Shown here one piece after another: positions 8,688-15,121 of a stretch of DNA of 34,744 nt. The DNA lies in contig JAQUAA010000001.1 in NCBI GenBank assembly GCA_028687495.1, positions 1 to 34,744 of the forward strand, read 5' to 3'. The notes below the pieces were generated by a model. The model was not told the origin of the DNA, did no database searches, and saw only the letters and a program-made list of their open reading frames with translations. The first letter of the stretch is position 1, and every line of letters begins with the position of its first letter. The translations under genes were made by a program, and so were the position numbers. The DNA comes from Minisyncoccota bacterium. GTDB taxonomy: Bacteria; Patescibacteriota; Minisyncoccia; Minisyncoccales; RBG-13-42-11.

Positions 8688-8697
8688 AATCGTACGG

Positions 8698-8781
8698 GCG
8701 GACGTGGCGGAATTGGCATACGCGCTACTTTGAGGGGGTAGTGGGCGCAAGCCTGTGTGGGTTCAAGTCCCACCGTCCGCA
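8698..8781 (+). tRNA. tRNA-Leu (anticodon GAG), long variable arm
   Basis: Acceptor GCGGACG/CGTCCGC, anticodon stem CTACT/GGTAG with loop TTGAGGG, a 15-nt variable arm, and T arm GTGGG-TTCAAGT-CCCAC. Confidence 0.85.
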
Positions 8782-8788
8782 CTTTTGT

Positions 8789-8861
8789 GGGCGGTTAGCT
8801 CAGTGGCCAGAGCGCCTCGTTTACACCGAGGAGGCCATAGGTTCAAGTCCTATACCGCCCA
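8789..8861 (+). tRNA. tRNA-Val (anticodon UAC)
   Basis: Acceptor GGGCGGT/ACCGCCC, anticodon stem CCTCG/CGAGG with loop TTTACAC. Confidence 0.9.
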
Positions 8862-8897
8862 CCCTCTCAATTGTTCATGTTATAATAACGATATTGA

Positions 8898-8969
8898 GCC
8901 GCGGTAGCTCAGTGGTAGAGCATTGCTCTGAAAAAGCAAGGGTCGATGGTTCGATTCCATTCCGCGGCA
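8898..8969 (+). tRNA. tRNA-Phe (anticodon GAA)
   Basis: Acceptor GCCGCGG/CCGCGGC, anticodon stem TTGCT/AGCAA with loop CTGAAAA, and T arm GATGG-TTCGATT-CCATT. Confidence 0.9.
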
Positions 8970-8984
8970 CAAATGGACGGATCC

Positions 8985-9056
8985 GCGGGTGTCGTATAAC
9001 GGCTATTACACGTCCTTGCCAAGGATGAGAAGAGGGTTCGACTCCCTTCACCCGCT
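8985..9056 (+). tRNA. tRNA-Gly (anticodon GCC)
   Basis: Acceptor GCGGGTG/CACCCGC with discriminator U, anticodon stem CGTCC/GGATG with loop TTGCCAA. Confidence 0.85.
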
Positions 9057-9070
9057 CATCTTTCATGCCC

Positions 9071-9098
9071 TTGACATTTTCTATGGATAAGGTATTAT
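9071..9098 (+). promoter_or_regulatory. Near-consensus promoter TTGACA-N16-TATTAT
   Basis: TTGACA at 9071-9076 and TATTAT at 9093-9098. The 28-nt leader contains the hairpin ACCCCT-GTAA-AGGGGT (9105-9120) just before the ATG at 9127. Confidence 0.55.
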
Positions 9099-9126
9099 GA
9101 TAGAACCCCTGTAAAGGGGTTTTAAA

Positions 9127-9648
9127 ATGGATACTTATTCTGAATGCCCCGGTTTAACGGGGACAAAGAGAAAAATTGTCTCTATTTCCCTAATTGTTTT
9201 CCTCGCTGGAACAGTTTTCCTTTGGCTGCCCCTCCCTAAAATTGAGGCGGATTTGGTTTTAGACGACTCTGCCATGGAAGAAAAACTGGCAATCCTGGAA
9301 GAAGACACCCTAATTGCCGTTTCCAATCCTACGGATCCTGATCCCAAAATCGTCCAAACACTACCGGTAATAGTCACTGCCTATTCCAGTACTGTCTGGG
9401 AAACCGATGACAGCCCCTTTATCACTGCTGCCGGTACTGAAGTCAGAGATGGTATTATCGCCAATAACATTCTGCCTTTCGGCACGAGAGTGAGAATCCC
9501 GGAACTTTACGGAGACAGGATTTTCGTCGTCGAAGACAGGATGAGCTGGAAAAAAAGCAATTACCACATTGATATCTGGCTTCCTTCTTATTCCGAAGCC
9601 AAGGACTTCGGCGCCAAAAGAACGTACATCGAAGTGCTGGAAAGCTAA
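9127..9648 (+). CDS. Secreted/membrane-anchored 3D-domain protein (MltA/RlpA-like double-psi beta-barrel; putative peptidoglycan-acting enzyme)
   Basis: 173-aa ORF with an N-terminal TM/signal segment (IVSISLIVFLAGTVFLWL). The C-terminal sequence VTAYSS..WETDDSPFITAAGTEVRDGIIANN.LPFGTRVRIP..GDRIFVVEDRM....HIDIW is typical of 3D domains. Confidence 0.75.
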   Translation: MDTYSECPGLTGTKRKIVSISLIVFLAGTVFLWLPLPKIEADLVLDDSAMEEKLAILEEDTLIAVSNPTDPDPKIVQTLPVIVTAYSSTVWETDDSPFITAAGTEVRDGIIANNILPFGTRVRIPELYGDRIFVVEDRMSWKKSNYHIDIWLPSYSEAKDFGAKRTYIEVLES

Positions 9649-9663
9649 ATTAACTTCCAACGG

Positions 9664-9689
9664 AAAAACGGCCATCGGCCGTTTTTTTT
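9664..9689. terminator. Bidirectional rho-independent terminator
   Basis: AAAAACGGC / loop catcg / GCCGTTTTTTTT. The A-run and T-run flank the GC stem, so both strands end in a U-tract. It sits between the convergent 3D gene and the minus-strand tRNA-Leu. Confidence 0.65.
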
Positions 9690-9703
9690 ATTCTTCATTT
9701 AAG

Positions 9704-9786
9704 TGCCCGAGGTGGGAATCGAACCCACACGAGATTGCTCTCACAAGATTTTAAGTCTTGCGTGTCTACCGTTCCACCACCCGGGC
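9704..9786 (-). tRNA. tRNA-Leu (anticodon UAA), long variable arm
   Basis: The reverse complement folds with acceptor GCCCGGG/CTCGGGC, anticodon stem CAAGA/TCTTG with loop CTTAAAA, a long variable arm, and T arm GTGGG-TTCGATT-CCCAC. Confidence 0.85.
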
Positions 9787-9791
9787 ATTTG

Positions 9792-9863
9792 AGGCCAGGG
9801 TGGGAATCGAACCCACGTATAAGAGTTTTGCAGACTCTTGCCTTGCCACTTGGCTACCTGGCC
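9792..9863 (-). tRNA. tRNA-Cys (anticodon GCA)
   Basis: Reverse complement: acceptor GGCCAGG/CCTGGCC with discriminator U73 (typical of Cys), anticodon stem AGAGT/ACTCT with loop CTGCAAA. Confidence 0.85.
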
Positions 9864-9888
9864 GCGCATCTTCTAATATATATTTATC

Positions 9889-10239
9889 TTATTCTTCGCC
9901 TTTTTTCAACTTTGCCAAAATCTCCTCTATTTTACCAGCCTCAACCGTTTCTTTTTCTTCAACGAAATAAATTTTGGGTATGGGCCGCATTTCCAAGCGT
10001 CGATTCAGTTTTTGCTGAAGCTGATAAATGTTTTTATTCAGGATTTGAAGCACTGTTTTCTTTTTTTCTTCGGGAAGAGAAGAAATGTATATTTTTATCT
10101 CTTCCAAATCAGGACTAGCCTCGGCCCTGGTCAAAGTGACTAAAACGTCTAAAGGAAACTCAATCTCCCTCCGGATGATCTGAGATAATTCCTTTTTGAT
10201 CAATTGATTAACTTGAGGAACTCTCTTGGACATTGGCAA
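9889..10239 (-). CDS. rbfA: Ribosome-binding factor A
   Basis: 116-aa ORF with the typical RbfA N-terminus (RVPQVNQLIKKELSQIIRREI) and a KH-like fold pattern. It lies directly downstream of infB, as in many bacteria. Confidence 0.85.
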   Translation of the reverse strand: MPMSKRVPQVNQLIKKELSQIIRREIEFPLDVLVTLTRAEASPDLEEIKIYISSLPEEKKKTVLQILNKNIYQLQQKLNRRLEMRPIPKIYFVEEKETVEAGKIEEILAKLKKGEE

Positions 10240-10249
10240 TCAGAAATTT

Positions 10250-11761
10250 TTATAGTTCTCCTTTTATTCTTTCTTCAACGAAAATTAAGAGCATGTCTCC
10301 TTCCTCGATCTTTACATTACCCTCGAACAAAATTCCGCATTCATCCCCCTTTGAAACAAGGTCTGCGTCTTTTTTGTTTCTTTGAAGATTAATCATCCTG
10401 CCCTGGCCCACTTTTTCTTCGGATCTCCAAACTTCGATCGAAGCTCCTTTTTTTACCTCCCCCTCAACCACTCTGCCGCCCACAATCTGCCGGTTTTTGT
10501 CCGAAATGAATTTGACCAGAACTTTAACTTTTCCTAACTCCCGGCGAACTTGTTCCGGAGAAAGAATCTTTTCCATAAATTTGCGGACTTCTTCAACCAA
10601 ATCGTAGATAATCTCGAACGTCATTATTTTCGCTTTTTCCCTTTCCGCTATTTTTTTGGCGAGTGAGTCTGTTTTGACCCTGAAGCCGAAAATTAAAGCC
10701 CGGCTGCTGGCTGCCAGCTTGACGTCTGATTCGTTAATGTTTCCTACTTCCGATTTCAGGATCCTCAAAACAATTTTTTCCTGAGGCAGCGATTTTAAAA
10801 TTTCCTCGATCGCTTCGGCGGAACCCAAGACATCCGTTTTTAAAACCAAGTTCAAGACTTTTTGCCCTTCGGAGATCTCCAAAACCTCGGGGGTTCTTTC
10901 TATTTTCTTCGAAGTTTGGGCGTATTTCTCGGCGCTTGCTAAGTCAGGAAAAACCTTGAATTCTTCACCGACTTTCGGCACCTGATTAAAACCGAAAACT
11001 ATAACCGGGTCTGAGGCAAAAGCCCGTTCGATCGGCTTCTTTTGGAAATTTTCCAAACTTTTGATTTTGGTCAGGGCTGAAGGAGTAGCGACAATATCTC
11101 CCACTTTTAAGATGCCTTGCGTCAGAAGCAGGGTGGCGGTCGGACCTCTTAAATTATCCTGATACGATTCTATGACCACGCCCTCTCCGGGTTTATCCGT
11201 TTCCGTTTTCAGCCCTTCCATTTCAGCCACCAGCAAAATCAATTCCAAAAGCTCCTGAATGCCTTTATTGGTTTTAGCCGAAATTTCAATGGAGGGAATT
11301 TTACCGCCCAGAGACTCCACCAAAATGCCTCCTTTTTGCAATTCTCCTTTCACTTTTGCCGGATTAGCCTCGGGCTTATCCATTTTATTAAGGGCAACTA
11401 TAACCTGAATTCCAGTTTGTTTAATCTCGGAAATTGCTTCTTTCGTCTGAGCCTGAACTCCCTGAGCGGCATCAATCACTAAAATGGCTATATCCGCTAC
11501 TTTGGCTCCCCGGGAGCGCATTTGAGAGAAAGCTTCGTGGCCGGGAGTATCGAGAAAAGTAATCTTTTTTCCGTCTTTCTCGACCTGATAAGCTCCGATG
11601 TGCTGAGTAATCTCCCCGCCAGGTTTTTCGCCCGTAAATTGAAAATTGCGAATTGCCAAGAGCAAAGAGGTCTTACCATGATCAATATGACCCAGAACCA
11701 CCACTATCGGCGGTCTGGTTGTTGGATTTTGATTCTTTATCATATTTTTGGGCTGCTTCAA
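10250..11761 (-). CDS. infB: Translation initiation factor IF-2 (minimal form, starts about 20 aa before the G domain)
   Basis: G1 GHIDHGKT, G3 DTPGHEAF, G4 NKMD, followed by domains II, C1 and C2. The exact start is uncertain (ATG at 11761 or 11743). Confidence 0.93.
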   Translation of the reverse strand: MKQPKNMIKNQNPTTRPPIVVVLGHIDHGKTSLLLAIRNFQFTGEKPGGEITQHIGAYQVEKDGKKITFLDTPGHEAFSQMRSRGAKVADIAILVIDAAQGVQAQTKEAISEIKQTGIQVIVALNKMDKPEANPAKVKGELQKGGILVESLGGKIPSIEISAKTNKGIQELLELILLVAEMEGLKTETDKPGEGVVIESYQDNLRGPTATLLLTQGILKVGDIVATPSALTKIKSLENFQKKPIERAFASDPVIVFGFNQVPKVGEEFKVFPDLASAEKYAQTSKKIERTPEVLEISEGQKVLNLVLKTDVLGSAEAIEEILKSLPQEKIVLRILKSEVGNINESDVKLAASSRALIFGFRVKTDSLAKKIAEREKAKIMTFEIIYDLVEEVRKFMEKILSPEQVRRELGKVKVLVKFISDKNRQIVGGRVVEGEVKKGASIEVWRSEEKVGQGRMINLQRNKKDADLVSKGDECGILFEGNVKIEEGDMLLIFVEERIKGEL

Positions 11762-12101
11762 TTGCCTTTATCTCCTCCTGTGAAAGAGTGTATTGAGAAC
11801 GGCCCTGTTTTATTGGTTTTCCGGAAACCCTATTCCCTTCCCTGGTATAAAGGCTGGTGATCACCGCGCCATCGTCGTTACCGTCAAGTAAAGCAATGGA
11901 GAAACTCTGGTCTCCGCCAACCTCGGAAAAGGGATTAAATCTGATTATGCCTGTTTTTTGGATCGAAAAACGGTGATCCTTTTTGAACAGCTCGAATTCT
12001 TTTGAAATCTTTTCGAAATTAATCTTAAGCTCCCTGAATTGTTTCAATAATTCTTTTAAATCCTTCGGTTCTTTTTTTTCTTTTTTGGGAAAAATGGACA
12101 T
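11682..12101 (-). CDS. DUF4446-like protein (function unknown)
   Basis: 139-aa ORF. The core IIRFNPFSEVGGDQSFSIALLDGNDDGAVITSLYTREGNRVSGKPIKQGRSQYTLSQEEIKAIEAA matches my recollection of the DUF4446 consensus. The 3' end overlaps infB. Confidence 0.6.
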   Translation of the reverse strand: MSIFPKKEKKEPKDLKELLKQFRELKINFEKISKEFELFKKDHRFSIQKTGIIRFNPFSEVGGDQSFSIALLDGNDDGAVITSLYTREGNRVSGKPIKQGRSQYTLSQEEIKAIEAAQKYDKESKSNNQTADSGGSGSY

Positions 12102-12118
12102 AATTTTAATTTAAACTG

Positions 12119-12205
12119 CGGAGGGGGTGAGATTCGAACTCACGAGAACCTTTCGGCCCTACCGCATTTCGAGTGCGGCCGATTCAACCACTCTCGCACC
12201 CCTCC
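12119..12205 (-). tRNA. tRNA-Ser (anticodon CGA), long variable arm
   Basis: Reverse complement: acceptor GGAGGGG/CCCCTCC with discriminator G, anticodon stem CCGCA/TGCGG with loop CTCGAAA, a long variable arm, and T arm GTGAG-TTCGAAT-CTCAC. Confidence 0.85.
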
Positions 12206-12216
12206 TCAATAGAATT

Positions 12217-12290
12217 TGGTGGACCCGCGGGGAATCGAACCCCGTACTCCTCCATGCCATGGAGGCGTGTTGCCGGTATACTACGGGCCC
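12217..12290 (-). tRNA. tRNA-Ala (anticodon GGC), CCA encoded
   Basis: Reverse complement: acceptor GGGCCCG/CGGGTCC carrying the G3:U70 Ala identity pair, anticodon stem CCTCC/GGAGG with loop ATGGCAT, then A73-CCA. The D stem has one mismatch. Confidence 0.8.
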
Positions 12291-12298
12291 CTTTTCTG

Positions 12299-12370
12299 TG
12301 CCCCTGATAGGAATTGAACCTATATTTCCACGTTAGGAGTGTGGTGCTCTGTCCGTTGAGCTACAGGGGC
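12299..12370 (-). tRNA. tRNA-Arg (anticodon CCU)
   Basis: Reverse complement: acceptor GCCCCTG/CAGGGGC, D arm GCTC-AACGGACA-GAGC, anticodon loop CTCCTAA (A31:C39 mismatch), and T arm ATAGG-TTCAATT-CCTAT. Confidence 0.8.
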
Positions 12371-12435
12371 CAATTTAAGTTAAAAGTTCAAAAATAAAAA
12401 AGCAAATTTATTTATAGCGTATGATAGCAGAATTT

Positions 12436-12465
12436 TTACTTACTGGCAACATTATATGGTATAAT
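12436..12465 (+). promoter_or_regulatory. Putative promoter TTACTT-N18-TATAAT with TGG-extended -10, 7 nt upstream of the ATG at 12473
   Basis: TGGTATAAT at 12457-12465. The first ATG of the ORF (12464) lies inside the -10 hexamer. The second ATG (12473) lies 7 nt downstream. Confidence 0.5.
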
Positions 12466-12472
12466 GAATCAT

Positions 12473-13501
12473 ATGGCAGAATCATTTTCAGTTGTTGAAA
12501 TCGCGAAAAAAGTTTGTCCGGCGGTAATTACCATTGTTATTTCCCGCGACCTGCCGAAGGTGGAGGGTTTTTATTTTTTCCCTTTTGGAGGGCAGCAATT
12601 CGTCGTGCCGAAGGTCCAGGGAGGAAAAAAAGAAAAAACGAAAATCGGAGGAGGCTCCGGTTTCATCATTTCTCCTGACGGCTATGTTATAACCAGCAAT
12701 CACGTGGTCAACGAGAGGGATGCCGACTACACGATTATTTACGAACCCAATAAAATTTATCCGGCCAAAGTAATTTCCAGAGATCCGATTAATGACGTCG
12801 CCATACTTAAGATAAATGCGAAAAATTTACCCTGCCTGGAACTAGGTGACTCGGATAAAATCGAACTTGGAGAAGGCGTTGTGGCGGTTGGCAATGCTTT
12901 GGGCGAATTTCACGATACGGTAAGCACCGGCGTCGTCTCGGGACTCAGCCGCTTTATCACTGCTTTTTCGGGGCTCTCTCGACAAGCGGAAATGCTGCGG
13001 GGGTTAATCCAGACTGATGCGGCCATTAATCCGGGAAACTCGGGAGGACCCTTGGTGAACAATGAGGGAAAAGTAATCGGCATTAACACGGCGGTTGTTA
13101 TGGGAGCCCAAAATATCGGTTTTGCCATTCCCATTAACTATGCGAAAAAAGACTTGGAAGAAGTCAAAAAATACGGCAGAATAAAAAGACCTTTTTTGGG
13201 GGTAAAATACATAATTTTGAATAAGGAAATATCTGAAAAAAATAAACTGACTGTTGATTACGGTGCCCTGATCGTCAGGGAGGCTCTCGGAGAATCGGCC
13301 ATCATCAAGGGATCGGCCGCGGAAAAAGCAGGTCTCAAGGAATTTGACATAATTTTGGAGTGCGAGGGAGAAAAAATAAACGAGGAAAATCCACTTTCCC
13401 ACATCCTTCAAAAGCACGAAATCAACGAGGAAATTTCTCTTAAAGTTCTCAGAACGGGAAAAGAAATAATTGTTAAGGTCAAGCTGGACGAAAAAAAATA
13501 A
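12473..13501 (+). CDS. HtrA/DegP-family serine protease with one PDZ domain
   Basis: Catalytic triad contexts TSNHVV (His), NDVAILKI (Asp) and GNSGGPL (Ser), plus a C-terminal PDZ domain. There is no N-terminal hydrophobic segment. Confidence 0.88.
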   Translation: MAESFSVVEIAKKVCPAVITIVISRDLPKVEGFYFFPFGGQQFVVPKVQGGKKEKTKIGGGSGFIISPDGYVITSNHVVNERDADYTIIYEPNKIYPAKVISRDPINDVAILKINAKNLPCLELGDSDKIELGEGVVAVGNALGEFHDTVSTGVVSGLSRFITAFSGLSRQAEMLRGLIQTDAAINPGNSGGPLVNNEGKVIGINTAVVMGAQNIGFAIPINYAKKDLEEVKKYGRIKRPFLGVKYIILNKEISEKNKLTVDYGALIVREALGESAIIKGSAAEKAGLKEFDIILECEGEKINEENPLSHILQKHEINEEISLKVLRTGKEIIVKVKLDEKK

Positions 13502-13515
13502 AATTTGTTCTGTTA

Positions 13516-13551
13516 AAAATTCCCCACCAGGAACGGTGGGGAATTTTGTTT
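13516..13551. terminator. Bidirectional rho-independent terminator
   Basis: 13-bp stem AAAATTCCCCACC (13516-13528) / loop aggaac / GGTGGGGAATTTT (13535-13547). TTTTGTTT follows on the plus strand and TTTTT on the minus strand. It separates htrA from the end of the minus-strand pilus/tRNA unit. Confidence 0.7.
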
Positions 13552-13552
13552 G

Positions 13553-13624
13553 GGCGGCCAAGCGGATTTGCACCGCCTCTGAGAGCTCCACAAACTCTAG
13601 TGCTGCTGTTACACCATGGCCGCC
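13553..13624 (-). tRNA. tRNA-His (anticodon GUG) with encoded G-1:C73, atypical D and T loops
   Basis: Reverse complement: G-1 plus GCGGCCA/TGGCCGC acceptor and C73, anticodon stem AGAGT/GCTCT with loop TTGTGGA, D loop AACAGCA (no GG), and T loop TGCAAAT (G at position 55). Confidence 0.7.
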
Positions 13625-13629
13625 ACGTG

Positions 13630-13703
13630 TGCCCCTGGCACGAATTGAACGTGCAACCTTTACCTTAGAAGGGTACTGCTCTATCCATTTGAGCTACAGG
13701 GGC
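13630..13703 (-). tRNA. tRNA-Arg (anticodon UCU)
   Basis: Reverse complement: acceptor GCCCCTG/CAGGGGC, D arm GCTC-AAATGGATA-GAGC, anticodon loop CTTCTAA, and T arm GCACG-TTCAATT-CGTGC. Confidence 0.8.
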
Positions 13704-13733
13704 GCGCACATTATTCTATCTAAATTAGCCCTT

Positions 13734-14036
13734 TTAGTCAATTTTGAAGGGATCGGGATATTTTTTGAGGTCGGTTCCAAGGAAACTTTCGTTTCTCATC
13801 TGCCAATCCTGCAAAATTTCTTGCTGGGTTTTCGTATCGAATTTCAAGGGTTCTTTTTCTGTCACTTCGGAAGTTCTGGTTATATTAAGATAATAATAGA
13901 AAATAACCGCACCGAAAATGCAAACAATGAGGAACATTCCTAATAACGTCAAGAAACTCTTTTCAGCCAAAACTCGCGGCGCTTTTCTGAAAAATTTCTT
14001 TATTTCCTTGATTTTTATTCTCTTTAAGCTGAACAT
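13734..14036 (-). CDS. Single-pass membrane protein at the end of the pilus operon (hypothetical)
   Basis: 100-aa ORF with a basic N-terminus, one TM helix (FLTLLGMFLIVCIFGAVIFYYY) and a ~50-aa extracytoplasmic tail. It starts 3 nt after the pilO-like stop codon. Confidence 0.5.
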   Translation of the reverse strand: MFSLKRIKIKEIKKFFRKAPRVLAEKSFLTLLGMFLIVCIFGAVIFYYYLNITRTSEVTEKEPLKFDTKTQQEILQDWQMRNESFLGTDLKKYPDPFKID

Positions 14037-14039
14037 AGG

Positions 14040-14576
14040 TTATTTAACGAAAACTTTTACGGAAAAATTCGCCCTGACATTGCTTGCGCCAGTCTCGCCT
14101 TGAGCCAATTTATTGATGCTTAGGCTCTGCACTTCAATAAGGTAAGAACTGTTTTCAAGCTTTTCCAAAAATTTCATGAAATTCGGGAAAGAACCGGTAG
14201 TGTTTATCTGAAAATTGAGATAAGACCATCCTTTCTCTTCTGTTTTTTTATCTGAAGAGGGAATTATTTCGATTTTTAACTGGCATTTTTCAGAGGTATC
14301 CTCCAGGAAGGTGATGAACTCTATGGGCACCTCCGAATTGACGAATAAATTGTTGATTTTATTAAGAATATCTTCAAGGTCTTTATACAGAACTTTGAAT
14401 TTTTCAAGATTTGAAATATTCGCTTCCAGGGAAATGAAGTTTTGTTTTTCTGAAATTAAGGCCTTGGCATTGTCATTTATGCCTTGGAACAAAGGCAGAA
14501 TGATGAAGGCTGTCGCCAAGGCAATTAAAAGCAGGAAAACAACTAATGTTAAATTGATTTTATTAGCCATTGTCAT
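14040..14576 (-). CDS. pilO: PilO-like type IV pilus assembly protein
   Basis: 178-aa ORF with an N-terminal TM helix, a coiled-coil segment and a C-terminal alpha/beta domain. It follows pilN with an ATGA overlap. The call rests mainly on architecture and position. Confidence 0.7.
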   Translation of the reverse strand: MTMANKINLTLVVFLLLIALATAFIILPLFQGINDNAKALISEKQNFISLEANISNLEKFKVLYKDLEDILNKINNLFVNSEVPIEFITFLEDTSEKCQLKIEIIPSSDKKTEEKGWSYLNFQINTTGSFPNFMKFLEKLENSSYLIEVQSLSINKLAQGETGASNVRANFSVKVFVK

Positions 14577-15121
14577 TTTATTCTGAAGTTAACCGTAAAA
14601 TTAATGTCGTTTTGTTTAACCCAAGAAACCGGCGGAAAAGAAATCGCTTCAAATCTTCCCTGTCCTTCTAAATTTTCTTTGAATTTCAATAAAATTTCCC
14701 GGGTGGTAGAAAAACCGGCGAGAGTGCATTCCGTTAATTTTTCTTTTCCGCTTTTGGGAGGACTAATGGATAAATTGGTCAAATATATTCCAGAAGGAAT
14801 GGTTTCTGAAATTTCTTCCAGATCTTCTGTAGCACTGAACTGACTCCCGTAGAAAGAATCCAGTTGAGAAAGAGTCAGGTTAAAAGTAGTGAGATTTTTT
14901 TGTAGGGTTTGCATCTGGGGGGTCTGAAATTCTTTTTCTCTTTCTTGGTATAAAATTTTTTGAGCTTTGGTTTCTCCGGAAATGAAAATGTTTATTGAAT
15001 AGAGAATTAAAGAAAAACAAAGGAGAATCAACAAAACATTGATTCCTAAAATCATAATTATTTTCCAGCTTTCTTCCCGAATAAGCTCTTGTTTACTTTG
15101 AGGCGGTAAAAGGTTTATCAT
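14573..15121 (-). CDS. pilN: PilN-like type IV pilus assembly protein
   Basis: 182-aa ORF with the characteristic N-terminal MINLLPP motif followed by a TM helix. It overlaps the 3' end of pilM. Confidence 0.8.
   Translation of the reverse strand: MINLLPPQSKQELIREESWKIIMILGINVLLILLCFSLILYSINIFISGETKAQKILYQEREKEFQTPQMQTLQKNLTTFNLTLSQLDSFYGSQFSATEDLEEISETIPSGIYLTNLSISPPKSGKEKLTECTLAGFSTTREILLKFKENLEGQGRFEAISFPPVSWVKQNDINFTVNFRIK

Noticed and set aside
8741-9066. ORFs of 95 aa (+) and 63 aa (-) across 8741-9066. Similar ORFs lie at 9735-10118 (+), 12127-12336 (+) and 13470-13943 (+).
   Set aside because: They are translations through tRNA genes, whose GC-rich, stop-poor sequences produce them. 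The cloverleaf folds explain these regions completely.
9099-9126. Possible c-di-AMP (ydaO-type) riboswitch upstream of the 3D-domain cell-wall gene, as seen upstream of related genes in Firmicutes and Actinobacteria.
   Set aside because: The predicted leader is only about 28 nt and holds a single 6-bp hairpin, which is far too short for that riboswitch class.
12102-12140. A second T-loop-as-(-35) promoter after tRNA-Ser(CGA): TTCGAA-N17-TTTAAA-N8-ATG of the DUF4446-like gene.
   Set aside because: The AT-rich 17-nt spacer allows several alternative -10 registers, and the -35 match is only 3 of 6. I cannot distinguish it from chance, so it is mentioned only as weak support under the 34130-34158 finding.
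12371-12463. A promoter for the minus-strand tRNA-Arg/Ala/Ser-DUF4446-infB-rbfA unit in the AT-rich divergent region.
   Set aside because: Several overlapping -10-like hexamers exist (TATAAA, TTTAAC, and TATAAT on the minus strand at 12451-12456), but none has a convincing -35 at a proper spacing. I could not choose one with confidence.
13004-13591. 195-aa minus-strand ORF opposite htrA. Comparable antisense ORFs lie at 5072-5527, 24137-24595, 32526-33008 and 33155-33556.
   Set aside because: Each lies entirely within a confidently identified gene on the other strand. Each has a biased composition, lacks motifs, and lacks plausible start signals.
9057-13703. Possible integrative islands: the 3D-domain gene and htrA are each bracketed by tRNA clusters.
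   Set aside because: I found no integrase, recombinase or excisionase ORF and no duplicated tRNA 3'-end fragment (att-like direct repeat). The repeated GGGAATCGAACCC strings are T arms of intact tRNAs. Apart from 25309-25956, the composition looks like the rest of the window.
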